Positions 30,320 through 44,455 of a stretch of DNA of 64,000 nucleotides are shown here, one piece after another. Source of the DNA: Eledone cirrhosa (lineage: Eukaryota). Below the pieces are notes generated by a model. That model had not been told where the DNA came from. It searched no databases and saw only the letters and a list, made by a program, of their open reading frames with translations. How positions within the stretch are numbered: position 1 is the stretch's first letter; each line of letters starts with the position of its first letter. The stretch spans positions 367,040,001 to 367,104,000 of the forward strand of contig OZ024742.1 of NCBI GenBank assembly GCA_964016885.1. Direction: 5' to 3'. A program made the position numbers and the translations under genes.

Positions 30320-30696
30320 CAAATAGTATTCGCTCTACATGGCTAAATACAATAAATGTAATCTGCGTTTTTCGAATATTAATAATAATATTCGATTTGT
30401 TTGCTATTATGCAAACAACCTCTTTTTAAGCCATATCAGTAGAATGAGCCCTTCCTTCTTGCTCTTGTGTTCTCATATAAACATAACTGCCGACACTAAT
30501 GTTTCTGGGTGATTACCCTTCATCAGTGCAGTTTACTGCTCACCTGCCAACTGTCAGAGCTAGTGAAAATATATGATATTTTCTGAAATATACAGTGTCT
30601 GATCAGCCTGATTTGCATATTAGCAGACTGACTGATCAGTCAGATCTGCATATTAGCAGACCCACTGCTGTATATACGTATGCATATGCATATACC

Positions 30697-31545
30697 AGAT
30701 CTGGATGCCATATACAAATGGGCTGAGGACAACAACATACAGTTTAATGCTGGACATTTTCAAGTCCTACAATACCAACCTGCAAACACAAAAACAATAC
30801 AACACAACTACACCGGACCAGGAGGGATCGAAATCCCCGTGTCGAAATTGATAGGAGACCTGGGGATAGACATGAGCGAAGATACATCTTTTTCTTCACA
30901 CATCATGAAAGTGGCGACAATGTGCAGACGACTCGCTGGCTGGATCTTGTGGACTATCTGGACAAGAGACCGCGACACCATGTTGATACTACAGAGGACA
31001 TTTGTCCTAAGCCGCCTGGACTATTGTTCCCAGCTGTGGTCAGCCCACAGTGTCAAACTAACCACGGAGCTTGAGGCAATCCAACGAAGCTACACCAAGA
31101 GGATTGTGACAATGGAGGAGATAAGCTACTGTCAGAGGCTAAAAGAATTGAAACTCTACTCCTTGGAGCGAAGACGGGAGAGATACGCAGTGATATACAT
31201 GTGGAAAATCCTGGAGGGACTAGCACCAACCTTTGGCATTGAGAGCTGGACCAACCGTCGAACAGGACGTCACTGTGGGTGTCAAAAGTCCTGTCTTGCA
31301 CATCTAGAACAAGGAGCGGATATTGCAATAGCCTGGGGTTCAAAGGTCCTCAACTCTTCAACAAGGTGCCAAGAAATTTCAGACACCCTGCTATCCAGGA
31401 TCCCAGATGAGCCCACATCACGATACGAAGGTAACCTAACCCCTCTTACACCATTGGCCAGCCAACACAGGCTGCAGATAGAACGTGTAGCAACAAGGGT
31501 GTGGCCCAGCATGGCCTCAGCCGGATGGCTGGAACAAATATATAT
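30697..31545 (+). mobile_element. CR1-clade LINE 3' fragment (RT thumb/C-terminal region), 5'-truncated
   Basis: DLDAIYKWAEDNNIQFN, DLGI, SRLDYCSQLWS, LEAIQRSYTKRI, RLKELKLYSLERRRER. Confidence 0.85.
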
Positions 31546-31898
31546 ATCATCTTTTCTCTTCTCTAATTTTTCACTTGGGCTCATTAAATTACAGGTATAA
31601 ACGTGAGTCCTTAACTCCGTCGTTTCATTTGATAATTTAGCTCCTTACTAATCTATGTTTGTTGGGCATTTTAAGTTGAATGGTTATAGACTGCTATTTC
31701 TAGCGGCTTTTTAATCCATCCATGCCACTAAATACAGTCTGGAGCACATATTTCCCTTCTCTCTCCACGTGTGACAATTCAGTTATCTGTTATTTAGTCA
31801 GATGTGTGAGATTTCTTCTTTACACCTGCTGAAGATCCCTCAGACGATACGATTTGCGAGTTCTTAACTCCGTTGTTTCATTTGATATATATATATAT

Positions 31899-32183
31899 AA
31901 TATAAGATCAAAAGATGGTTAAAAGAGTTCCAAGTATTTTATTATGCGCATTTCAAAAACAAATATCATCATGGGATGATATCTGCGTTCTCATCAGATA
32001 AAATAGGGAGACATGATATGAAGCTTAAAAAACACTTGTGAATAGTGAAGTTTTAAATCAACATATCATGTCTCCCTATTTTATCTGATGAGAACGCAGA
32101 TGTCATCCCATGATGATATTTGTTTTTGAAATGCGCATAATAAAATACTTGGAACTCTTTTAACCATCTTTTGATCTTATATT
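31899..32183. mobile_element. Fold-back element with a hammerhead in each arm (- strand 31935-32005, + strand 32077-32147)
   Basis: Arms at 31899-32020 and 32062-32183. TATTTTAT-CTGATGA-stem II-GAAA-TGCGCA-TA-ATAAAATA. Confidence 0.88.
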
Positions 32184-32295
32184 ATTTATACTCTAGTCCT
32201 ACAAACTGTAGAGTGCTACTTAGCCGATATTTGCATTGCTTTATTGTGCTACAATAAAACTCACCTCCTACATATATATATATATATAGAAAGAA

Positions 32296-32378
<83 letters not shown>

Positions 32379-32423
32379 GAGAGATAGAGAGGGGGATGTA
32401 GTAACACAACAGTTAGTTCACCA

Positions 32424-32468
32424 TACCGAGAACAATTATTTCACCTTAGCGGATCTTCAGATCGGAAT
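32424..32468 (-). ncRNA. Minimal hammerhead ribozyme, slightly decayed
   Basis: ATTCCGAT-CTGAAGA-TCC GCTAA GGT-GAAA-TAATTG-TT-CTCGGTAT. Confidence 0.6.
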
Positions 32469-33026
32469 ACATGATATGTATATATATATTTAATACAATA
32501 ACAGAGATAGCTTAACGCTAAACTCTGACTGGTAACCATCTCACTCAACAAACGTTAGGTTATATGTTAGTATAATCCAATTTAAGTGTTTGGGGTGCTA
32601 ACTATATGTATTTTGTGGAAAGCCAGTCGTATTATTTTATGAGATATAATTAAAGTTAAAATATATCTCTCTTTCCAAACAATTATTTCATTATAAGTTT
32701 TCTACAAGTTGGGAGAATGTTTCCAGTTTATGTAGAAGCCTAACATATATTCATGTAAGAATATATTTAGGTGGGCACTTATAAATCTTCAGTGGAAGCC
32801 CATTAAACTTTGAAATAAGAAAATATTCTTACCGCAGTTAAAAATCGTGTCCGCTAAGCTGCTCCTTCACGCATCGAATGACCGCAAAATTTAAAATTCC
32901 AGCAGTCTTTTGACTGAGGAAGTTTCATAGCGTCACGAAGCGGGAAGGGGAGACAACCACGACACGAGAAAAGAAAAAAATAATATACACTCGGGTTAAT
33001 TAGTTTTTTCAAAAACATTATTAATC

Positions 33027-33130
<104 letters not shown>

Positions 33131-33157
33131 AACATATATATATATATATATAAATAT

Positions 33158-34012
<855 letters not shown>

Positions 34013-34460
34013 ATATGTTTAGATATTATTAAATACATATATATATATATATTTGTGTAAGCCTGTGTGTCCGTGTGTGTGTATGTATGTTTACATAAGA
34101 TTATATATATGCGCAGTTATAGTATTGCTTCTTTAAAGTATATTTATTGTCTCTCTATAATGTACATTTCTAATATGTTTTTTCTTTCGTCTATGTCTAG
34201 CAATATCAGCTCCACATTCACATGTATTGATGCATGTAGTAATCTCACACCAGTTCCATATTCCTATCACTATTGCTCTTTCCACATTCTACTAGTTTTT
34301 CTTGTTGTTTTCTGTCTCTTCTTAAACTATAGACATCTATAACTAGAATGTTCATATCACTTGTATATAAAATATATAAGATCTTCTGAGTGCGCAGGTG
34401 AACTCCCAAATAGCAAGGCTCACTACTTAGTAATAATATATATACATATATACATATATA

Positions 34461-34655
34461 TAGGAAAAAGTATGACCCCGACGGCAGAGCTCAAGCCGTT
34501 TCGACGGCTATTTCTGGACTGATATAGCCGTCGAAACTGCTTCAGCTCTGCCGTCGGGGTCATACATTTTCCTATTTTCCACTCTACTACCCTAAGCATT
34601 GAGTACTCTGGTGCGTTATGGTCCATCTGGTTTCTTAGCACAATTCCTTTGTTAT
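34461..34655 (+). mobile_element. GC-rich hairpin element in (TA)n; family also at 35905-36097 (inverted) and 62563-62752
   Basis: GTATGACCCCGACGGCAGAGC...GCTCTGCCGTCGGGGTCATAC hairpin followed by a shared tail. Confidence 0.85.
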
Positions 34656-34672
34656 ATATATATATATATAGG

Positions 34673-34716
<44 letters not shown>

Positions 34717-34749
34717 ATATGATGTGCGGATATTATATTGAACCGCACT

Positions 34750-34938
34750 GGGGTGGATTGGCAGTATCAGTAGAGGGTCGGACACCAAGCTTTCCAGCAT
34801 AGAGTTACGGCCCTTGCCACTCTGAGTTCAAATCCCGCTGAGGTTAACTTTGCCTTTCATCCTTACGGGGTCGATAAAATAAAGTACCAGTAATGCACTG
34901 GTTAATTGATGGCCTTGTGCCTAAAGTAGAAACAATTA
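34750..34938 (+). mobile_element. tRNA-derived SINE, full length
   Basis: A-box TGGCAGTATCAG, B-box GAGTTCAAATCC and central domain. Confidence 0.85.
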
Positions 34939-35271
34939 TATCGTACCGCACGTGTATTTTATATAAATCTATCACTCTCGAGATAGCTACTAAATGTGGA
35001 TCTCTCTCTCACTACCTACCTCCCTCTCTCTCTCCCTCTGTCTCTACCTACCTCTCTCTCTCTAAATATATAATTCGTATCCCTACTCACATACACACAC
35101 TCAAAGAATATCTGAAATCTATTCCCATGGAAAGAAACAGAACTACTTCTGTAAATGTCATTAATTTTGTAAATTAAAGATATGCCCAATCTGCTTCACT
35201 TATCGTGAAATGTTTTCTGAAATTGTTTCCCACCGTCTCAAACGGGGGCATTAGCAATTATATATATATAT

Positions 35272-35815
35272 ATATGTATACGTATGTATGTATGTATACA
35301 GACGTACAGTAGTATGTATATATATACATACATGCACGCATATATATATGCACGTATCGGTTTACGGAACATTTATTATAATGCACGGTTTGTTTGTTTG
35401 TAAACAAACAAACAGCCTGAATTACGCCGTACAGTGTTTAGGTAACCACGTCACCTTTTTGTTCAACACTGACACAGGAACGATGTACTAGTTTCAAGCT
35501 TATTAGCTACCGTCAGCATCATATACCCTCCTGCCAGATGGTTGAACGTCTGAAAGTATATACTTTACTTATGCATATTAACGGCTGAGCAGCCTAATTT
35601 GCATATCGAGTGAGATCAGTGTTGAACAAAAAGGTGATGTGGTTGCCTAAAAACTGTACGGCGTAATTCGGGCTGTTTGTTTGTTTACAAACAAACAAAC
35701 CGAGCATTATAATAAATGTTCGGTAAACTGATACGTGCATATATATATGTGTGCATGCATGTATATATATACATACTACTGTACGTCTGTATACATATAT
35801 GTATGTACGTATACA
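35272..35815 (-). mobile_element. Fold-back element with ~200-bp arms and a hammerhead in the spacer (- strand 35480-35522)
   Basis: Arms at about 35272-35472 and 35616-35815. ATGATG-CTGACGG-T-AGCT AATA AGCT-T-GAAA-CTAG-TA-CATCGT. Confidence 0.82.
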
Positions 35816-35823
35816 TACATACT

Positions 35824-35904
<81 letters not shown>

Positions 35905-35906
<2 letters not shown>

Positions 35907-36093
35907 CGAAGGAGTTGTGGTAAGGAACCAGATGGACCATAACGCACCCGAGTACTCGATACTTAGAGTAGTAGAGTGGGTAATAGGAGAAAGTATGACC
36001 CCGACGGCAGAGCTCAAGCCACTTCGACGGCTATTTCCGTCCAGAAATAGCCGTCGAAATGGCTTGAGCCCCGCCGTCGGGGTCATACTTTCT

Positions 36094-36097
<4 letters not shown>
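35905..36097 (-). mobile_element. GC-rich hairpin element, copy 2
   Basis: Reverse complement of 34461-34655. Confidence 0.85.
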
Positions 36098-36129
<32 letters not shown>

Positions 36130-36365
36130 AAACGGTAAACAAAAAAAAAAAAAAAAAAGCGAAAAGGCAGTACAAAGTGTTAGTATTAGGTTCACGCTTG
36201 AGAGTGGGCGGTTGGGGACGAGGTTTCGGGCATGAGCCCATCAGGAGAAAAGTGGGCAGGAAGAGTTCCGAGGCTGTGAGTGGGAGTGGTGGAAAGACAT
36301 TAAAATGAGGGGGGGTGGAATGTCTAGATTCATATATACACATACATATAACAATATACATATAT

Positions 36366-36397
<32 letters not shown>

Positions 36398-36398
<1 letters not shown>

Positions 36399-36499
36399 AA
36401 AACAAATAACGAAACGAAATTAAATTTCGTTTCGTTTGTAACTCACTTTTGTATGACTGACGCTTAAACAATTAAATTATGTGGATGTACATTTTTTAA

Positions 36500-36506
<7 letters not shown>
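36398..36506 (-). mobile_element. Short copy of the 3' tail of the 33158-33895 family
   Basis: Reverse complement of 33819-33895 plus a short oppositely oriented piece (GGATGTACAT..TTAATT), set in (TA)n. Confidence 0.8.
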
Positions 36507-36581
<75 letters not shown>

Positions 36582-36931
36582 AACATACATATATATGTAT
36601 GTGTGTGTGCATACATATATTTTTTTCTTTCTTCACACCCACACATAAAGTCATCCTAACCGTTTAACTGCTTCTACTTGCCGTTTTTTTTTTCTTTTTC
36701 GAATTCCTCGATAAATGTTGTTATACTTTATTCGTAATTATAAATCCAATATGTCCAAAGAGGATTCTAAATTCTCACAGTTTTTATTGCCTGTTATTAC
36801 CATTTTATAGCACCGTGATAATGTGTCAGAATATTATAACTGATAAAGCAGAATATATCAGGTTTGGAAAATTATAGACAAAATCTGTGATTCGGAAATC
36901 CTGATTATGATCACCAGTCAAGGGATCGATG

Positions 36932-36974
<43 letters not shown>

Positions 36975-36990
36975 GTGTATATATATATAT

Positions 36991-37388
36991 ATATTAATTC
37001 AAAATATTAACAAAAATTGAACTTTTTGTGATCAAGTTTATTTTATTATACATATTTCAGAGGTACTGAGCTAACTTCAACAGTACGTCCTCATCAGATA
37101 AAATAAGATGATGCATGACATACCCTACCATGACTGGATCTTAACCATCTACTATGTCAGGGTATGTCATGCATCATCTTATTTTATCTGATGAGGACGT
37201 ACTGTTGAAGTTAGCTCAGTACCTCTGAAATATGTATAATAAAATATACATTATCACAAGAAGTTCTATTTTTGTTAATATTTTGAATTAATATTAATAA
37301 CTCCGGAAAACCAATACTGTTGAGTGCTTCTAATCTATTGTAAACAAATTCTTTGATTTATTCCTTGAACCTTGTTTAACCTTTAAAT
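36991..37388. mobile_element. Fold-back element with a hammerhead in each arm (- 37039-37105, + 37180-37246) and a 3' tail
   Basis: Arms at 36991-37126 and 37159-37294. TATTTTAT-CTGATGA-GGAC GTACTG..CAGTAC CTCT-GAAA-TATGTA-TA-ATAAAATA. Confidence 0.88.
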
Positions 37389-37425
37389 ATATATATATAT
37401 GAACGTATATATATATATATATATA

Positions 37426-37790
37426 GCATCATTGGAACATCTGATTGATAAAATGACACGTCAGTCAATCATATTGGTGGCCTCCCCACAGGTCCGGCGG
37501 ACAGAATGGAGAAGGCATCTTCCAGGAGGACGGCAAGGGAGACGCGCTGGAAAAGCCATTCCAACTCGTGGGGCTCACACCTGCGGCTGGCCAGCTCAGC
37601 GCCTATGGTGGTGAGTAGAGATGTAGCCCTAGGGCTGAGGACACCAGAAGTCTCCACTGCCAAGGGTACAACCGTAAACCTGTCGGAGAGCGACCAGTAA
37701 TTGGAGAGTTTGGCCTCCTCAGCCTGACGTGCAGCAAAACCTGGGTTAGTCGAAGACTGTACCAGGTTGCGGCTGGAGAATGTATGTCTA
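37426..37790 (-). mobile_element. CRE-like non-LTR retrotransposon 3' fragment (restriction-like endonuclease C-terminus)
   Basis: AEEAKLSNY..FTVVPLAVETSGVL..A..IGAEL...FQRVSLAV...A.SIL matches the K..KY/P.A.ET.G/QR.S.A.QRGNA pattern; the 3' end joins (TA)n. Confidence 0.72.
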
Positions 37791-38065
37791 TAATCTGCTT
37801 TTCCTCTTTTCAACGCCATTGTCTGCTTCAGTCTTCGTAAGGTTTGAAGCAACATCACATCAAGCTTATGTTAGATGTTTTGGCGAGATGTCGGCCTAGA
37901 ATCACGGTGTATCTATGACAAACCGCTCTACTTTACCTGCCCGCTTATATTTATCCCGTATCCTCATCGCGCCTGGCTTTCATTTCCTCTTCCATCGTCT
38001 TTAACCATATCTGTCTTCATCTTCTCCTTCCCCTTCTTCCTTCCACACTATCCAGAATAAATACA

Positions 38066-38430
38066 TAATTGTTTCTACTTTTGGCACAAGGCCAGCAATT
38101 ACTCAGTACATTACTGGTACTTTATTTTATCGATCCCATAAGGATGAAAGGCAAAGTTAACCTCGACGGGATTTGAACTCAGATCAGAAAGGGGCATAAC
38201 TCTGTGCTACAAAGGATGTTGTCCGACCCTCTACCGATACTGCCAAACCAGTAAAATAATTGTTTCTACTTTTGGCACAAGGCCAGCAATTACCCAGTGC
38301 ATTACTGGTACTTTATTTTATCGACCCCGTAAGGATGAAAGGCAAAGTTAACCTCGACGAGATTTGAACTCAGAATGGCAAGGGTAACAATGGTAACTCT
38401 ATACGTCAAAGCATGGGGCCAAACCAGTAA
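38066..38430 (-). mobile_element. Two tandem tRNA-derived SINE copies
   Basis: Family motif at 38066 and 38257. Confidence 0.85.
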
Positions 38431-38514
38431 AATAATAGAGAAAAAACAGTAAAAGAAAAGAAACGATGAAAGAAGATAAAGTAGAAATGTTCTGTTGACA
38501 CGTTTAATGTCTGA

Positions 38515-38716
38515 CTAAACTGTTGAGAGAGTTACACTGATAGAAAGCTAGATATAAAGCTTTCTAAACTGTTGAGAGAGTTACACTGATAGAAAGTAAG
38601 ATATAAAGCTTACTACACTGTTGAGAGAGTTACACTGATAGAAAGTAAGATATAAAGCTTACTACACTGTTGAGAGAGTTACACTGATAGAAAGCATATA
38701 TAAAGCTTTCTAAACT
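38515..38716. repeat. ~49-bp minisatellite x4
   Basis: ACTGTTGAGAGAGTTACACTGATAGAAAGTAAGATATAAAGCTTACTAC repeats. Confidence 0.9.
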
Positions 38717-38865
38717 AACTTGTTGCTGACATGTGACTTTATATGGGAGATAATCCAATCATATTACCACTCAGCAAGTCTTTAAGTCACGTGATAAATA
38801 AGCTGATCAACTTACAGGATAATCAAACTGTTCATCGATTTCGTCAATCAATTTGGTATTTCTAT

Positions 38866-41800
38866 ATTGTTTGTTGTTGCTGTTGTTGTTGCTTGTGGTG
38901 GTGGTGGTGGTGGTGGTGGTGGTGATGGAGGTGGTGGCTGTGGTTGTGGTGGTGGTAGTGGTGGTGGTGGTGGTGGTGGTAGTGACGGTGGTGGTGGTGG
39001 TGGTGGTAGTGATGGTCGTGGTGGTGGCAGTGGTGGTAGTGATGGTGGTGGTGGTAGTGGTGGTGGTAGTGGTGGTGGTAGCGGTAGTGGTGTTGGTGTT
39101 GGTGTTGGTGTTGTTGTTGTTGGTGGTGTTGGTGGTGTTGTTGGTGTTGTTGGTGGTGTTGTTGGTGGTGTTGTTGTTGGTGTTGTTGGTGGTGGTGTTG
39201 GTGTTGTTGGTGGTGTTGTTGGTGGTGTTGTTGGTGTTGTTGGTGGTGTTGTTGGTGGTGTTGTTGTTGGTGTTGTTGGTGGTGTTGTTGGTGGTGTTGT
39301 TGGTGGTGTTGTTGGTGTTGTTGGTGGTGTTGTTGGTGGTGTTGTTGTTGGTGTTGTTGGTGGTGTTGTTGGTGATGTTGTTGGTGTTGTTGGTGGTGTT
39401 GTTGTTGGTGTTGTTGGTGGTGGTGTTGGTGTTGTTGGTGGTGTTGTTGGTAGTGTTGGTGTTGTTGTTGTTGGTGGTGTTGGTGTTGTTGGTGGTGTTG
39501 TTGGTGGTGTTGTTGGTGATGTTGGTGGTGTTGTTGGTGGTGTTGGTGGTGTTGTTGGTGTTTTTGTTGTTGGTGTTGTTGGTGGTGTTGGTGTTGTTGG
39601 TGGTGTTGACGGTGTTGTTGTTGTTGTTGTTGTTGGTGTTGTTGGTGAAGTTGGTGTTGTTGTTGGTGTTGTTGGTGGTGTTGTTGGTGTTTTTGTTGTT
39701 GGTGTTGTTGGTGGTGTTGGTGTTGTTGGTGGTGTTGACGGTGTTGTTGTTGTTGGTGTTGTTGGTGTTGTTGGTGATGTTGGTGTTGTTGGTGGTGTTG
39801 GTGGTGTTGTTGTTGTTGGTGTTGGTGGTGTTGCTGGTGTTGGTGTTGTTGTTGGTGTTGTTGGTGGTGTTGGTGTTGGTGGTGTTGTTGGTGGTGTTGT
39901 TGGTGATGTTGGTGGTGTTGTTGGTGCTGTTGTTGTTGGTGTTGTTGTTGGTGTTGTTGTTGTTGTTGGTGTTGTTGGTGGTGTGTTGGTGGTGTTGTTG
40001 GTGTTGTTGTTGGTGTTGTTGATGGTGTTGTTGGTGGTGTTGGTGGTGGTGTTGGTGGTGTTGTTGGTGGTGTTGGTGGTGTTGTTTGTGGTGTTGGTGG
40101 TGTTGTTGGTGGTGTTGGTGTTGTTGTTGGTGTTGGTGTTGTTGGTGGTGTTGGTGTTGTTGGTGGTGTTGTTGATGGTGTTGTTTGTGGTGTTGGTGGT
40201 GTTGTTGGTGGTGTTGGTGTTGTTGTTGGTGTTGTTGTTGGTGTTTTGTTGTTGGTGTTGTTGGTGGTGTTGTTGGTGGTGTTGTTGGTGGTGTTGGTGT
40301 TGTTGGTGGTGTTGTTGGTGGTGTTGTTTGTGGTGTTGTTGGTGTTGTTGGAGTTGTTGGTGGTGTTGTTGGTGGTGGTGTTGGTGGTGTTGTTGGTGGT
40401 GTTGTTGTTGGTGTTGTTGGTGGTGTTGGTGTTGTTGGTGGTGTTGTTGGTGGTGTTGTTGGTGATGTTGGTGGTGTTGTTGGTGGTGTTGTTGTTGGTG
40501 GTGTTGTTGTTGTTGGTGTTGTTGGTGGTGTTGTTGGTGGTGTTGTTGTTGGTGGTGTTGTTGTTGTTGGTGAAGTTGGTGTTGTTGTTGGTGTTGTTGG
40601 TGGTGTTGGTGTTGTTGGTGGTGTTGACGGTGTTGTTGTTGTTGGTGTTGTTGGTGTTGTTGGTGATGTTGGTGTTGTTGGTGGTGTTGGTGGTGTTGTT
40701 GTTGTTGGTGTTGGTGGTGTTGCTGGTGTTGGTGTTGTTGTTGGTGTTGTTGGTGGTGTTGTTGGTGGTGTTGTTGGTGGTGTTGTTGGTGTTGTTGGTG
40801 GTGTTGTTGGTGGTGTTGGTGTTGTTGTTGGTGTTGTTGGTGGTGTTGTTGGTGGTGTTGTTGGTGTTATTGGTGGTGTTGGTGTTGTTGGTGGTGTTGT
40901 TGGTGTTGTTGGTGGTGTTGGTGTTGTTGGTGGTGTTGTTGGTGTTGTTGGTGGTATTGTTGGTGGTGTTGTTGGTGTTGTTGGTGTTGTTGGTGGTGTT
41001 GGTGGTGTTGTTGGTGTTGTTGGTGTTGTTGGTGGTGTTGTTGGTGGTGTTGTTGGTGGTGTTGGTGAGGTTGTTGGTGTTGTTGGTGTTGTTGGTGGTG
41101 TTGTTGGTGGTGTTGTTGGTGTTGTTGTTGGTGTTGTTGGTGTTGTTGTTGGTGTTCTTGTTGTTGGTGTTGTTGGTGTTGTTGGTGTTGTTGTTGATGG
41201 TGTTGTTTGTGGTGTTGGTGGTGTTGTTGGTGGTGTTGTTTGTGTTGCTGGTGTTGTTGTTGGTGGTGTTGTTGGTGATGTTGGTGGTGTTGTTGGTGTT
41301 GTTGGTGTTGTTGGTGTTGTTGTTGGTGGTGTTGTTGGTGTTGTTGTTGGTGTTGTTGGTGGTGTTGTTGGTGGTGTTGTTGGTTTTGCTGGTGTTGTTG
41401 TTGGTGTTGTTGGTGCTGTTGGTGGTGTTGTTGGTGATGTTGGTGGTGTTGTTGGTGTTGTTGGTGCTGTTGGTGGTGTTGTTGGTGGTGGTGTTGGTGT
41501 TGTTGGTGTTGTTGTTGGTGGTGTTGCTGGTGTTGTTGTTGGTGTTGTTGGTGTTGTTGGTGTTGTTGTTGGTGATGTTGGTGGTGTTGTTGGTGTTGTT
41601 GGTGCTGTTGGTGTTGGTGTTGTTGGTGTTGTTGTTGGTGGTGTTGTTGATGGTGTTGTTGTTGTTGGTGTTGTTGGTGGTGTTGTTGGTGGTGTTGGTG
41701 TTGTTGTTGGTGTTGTTGTTGTTGGTGTTGTTCGTGTTGTTGGTGTTGTTGTTGGTGTTGTTGTTGGTGTTGTTGGTGTTGTTGTTGGTGTTCTTGTTGT

Positions 41801-44455
41801 TGGTGTTGTTGGTGGTGTTGGTGTTGTTGGTGGTGGTGTTGTTGGTGTTGTTGTTGGTGTTGTTGGTGTTGTTGTTGGTGTTCTTGTTGTTGGTGTTGTT
41901 GGTGGTGTTGTTGGTGTTGTTGGTGGTGTTGTTGGTGTTGTTGTTGGTGTTGTTGGTGGTGTTGTTGGTGTTGTTGGTGGTGTTGTTGGTGTTGTTGGTG
42001 TTGTTGTTGGTGTTGTTGGTGTTGCTGGTGGTGTTGTTGGTGGTGTTGTTGGTGTTGTTGTTGGTGTTGTTGGTGTTGTTGTAGTTGGTGTTGTTGGTGG
42101 TGTTGGTGTTGTTGGTGGTGTTGTTGGTGTTGTTGGTGGTGTTGTTAGTGTTGTTTTTGGTGTTGTTGGTGTTGTTGTTGGTGTTCTTGTTGTTGGTGTT
42201 GTTGTTGGTGTTGTTGGTGTTGTTGTTGGTGTTCTTGTTGTTGGTGTTGTTGTTGGTGTTCTTGTTGTTGGTGTTGTTGTTGGTGTTGTTGGTGTTGTTG
42301 TTGGTGTTCTTGTTGTTGGTGTTGTTGTTGGTGTTCTTGTTGTTGGTGTTGTTGTTGGTGTTGTTGGTGTTCTTGTTGTTGGTGGTGTTGACGGTGTTGT
42401 TGTTGTTGGTGTTGTTGGTGTTGTTGGTGGTGTTGTTGGTGGTGTTGTTGTTCGTGTTGTTGGTGTTGTTGGTGATGTTGGTGTTGTTGGTGGTGTTGTT
42501 GGTGGTGTTGTTAGTGGTGTTGGTGATGTTGTTGGTGGTGTTGTTGGTGATGTTGGTGGTGTTGTTGGTGTTGTTGTTGTTGGTGTTGTTGGTGTTGTTG
42601 GTGATGTTGGTGTTGTTGTTGGTGTTGTTGGTGTTGTTGTTGGTGTTGTTGTTGTTGGTGTTGTTGGTGTTGTTGGTGGTGTTGTTGGTGGTGTTGTTGT
42701 TCGTGTTGTTGGTGTTGTTGTTGGTGTTCTTGTTGTTGGTGTTGTTGTTGGTGTTGTTGGTGTTGTTGTTGGTGTTCTTGTTGTTGGTGGTGTTGTTGGT
42801 GTTGTTGTTGGTGTTGTTGGTGGTGTTGTTGGTGTTGTTGTTGTTGGTGTTGTTGGTGTTGTTGGTGATGTTGGTGTTGTTGTTGGTGTTGTTGGTGTTG
42901 TTGTTGGTGTTGTTGTTGTTGGTGTTGTTGGTGTTGTTGGTGGTGTTGTTGGTGGTGTTGGTGTTGTTGGTGGTGTTGTTGGTGTTGTTGGTGGTGTTGT
43001 TGGTGTTGTTGGTGTTGTTGGTGGTGTTGTTGGTGGTTTTGTTGGTGTTGTTGGTGGTGTTGTTGGTGTTGTTGGTGGTGTTGTTGGTGTTGTTGGTGGT
43101 GTTGTTGGTGTTGTTGTTTGTGTTGTTGTTGTTGGTGTTGTTGGTGTTGTTGGTGATGTTGGTGTTGTTGTTGTTGGTGTTGTTGGTGTTGTTGTTTGTG
43201 TTGTTGTTGTTGGTGTTGTTGGTGTTGTTGGTGATGTTGGTGTTGTTGTTGGTGTTGTTGGTGTTGTTGTTGGTGTTGTTGTTGTTGGTGTTGTTGGTGT
43301 TGTTGGTGGTGTTGTTGGTGGTGTTGGTGTTGTTGGTGGTGTTGTTGGTGTTGTTGGTGGTGTTGTTGTTGGTGTTGTTGGTGTTGTTGTTTGTGTTGTT
43401 GTTGTTGGTGTTGTTGGTGTTGTTGGTGATGTTGGTGTTGTTGTTGGTGTTGTTGTTGTTGGTGTTGTTGGTGTTGTTGGTGGTGTTGTTGGTGGTGTTG
43501 GTGTTGTTGGTGGTGTTGTTGGTGTTGTTGGTGGTGTTGTTGGTGTTGTTGGTGTTGTTGGTGGTGTTGTTGGTGGTTTTGTTGGTGTTGTTGGTGGTGT
43601 TGTTGGTGTTGTTGGTGGTGTTGTTGGTGTTGTTGGTGGTGTTGTTGGTGTTGTTGTAGGTGTTGTTGGTGGTGTTGTTGGTGTTGTTGGTGTTGTTGGT
43701 GGTGTTGTTGGTGTTGTTGGTGTTGTTGGTGGTGTTGTTGTTGTTGGTGTTGGTGGTGTTGTTGTTTGTGGTGTTGTTGGTGGTGTTGGTGTTGTTGTTG
43801 GTGGTGTTGCTTGTGGTGTTGTTGGTGGTGTTGTTGGTGGTGTTGTTGGTGGTGTTGTTGTTGGTGTTGTTGGTGGTGTTGTTGTTTGTGGTGGTGGTGG
43901 TGTTGTTGGTGGTGTTGTTGGTGGTGTTGGTGGTGTTGTTGGTGGTGTTGCTTGTGGTGTTGTTGGTGGTGTTGTTGGTGGTGTTGTTGTTGGTGTTGTT
44001 GGTGGTGTTGTTGTTTGTGGTGGTGGTGGTGTTGTTGGTGGTGTTGTTGGTGGTGTTGCTTGTGGTGTTGTTGGTGGTGTTGTTGGTGGTGTTGCTTGTG
44101 GTGTTGTTGGTGGTGTTGTTGGTGGTGTTGTTGGTGGTGTTGTTGTTGGTGTTGTTGGTGGTGTTGTTGTTTGTGGTGGTGGTGGTGTTGTTGGTGGTGT
44201 TGTTGGTGGTGTTGGTGGTATCGGTGTTCATGGTGGTGGTGTTGTTGTTATTGACCCCTCTGTTATTGTTATTGTTTGATCTTTTTTTTTATCTTCTTTA
44301 TCGCCATCTTTGTACTTCTTCTTGCTGTTCTCGTTGTTGCTGTTGTTGTTGGTGGTGGTGGTGGTATCGACATCTCTGTTCTTATTGTTGTCGTTGTTGT
44401 TGTCGTTGTTGTTGTCGTCGACATCCTTGCTCTTATTGTTGTTGTTTGATGTTGT
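38866..44455. repeat. (GTT/GGT)n compound trinucleotide array, 5.6 kb
   Basis: Direct sequence; the long ORFs in several frames are artefacts. Confidence 0.95.

Noticed and set aside
32912-32945. CTGAGGA...GAAG as a hammerhead
   Set aside because: No pairing stems I-III and no GAAA.
34750-34850. tRNA gene
   Set aside because: The A/B boxes belong to a multi-copy SINE head and do not form a cloverleaf.
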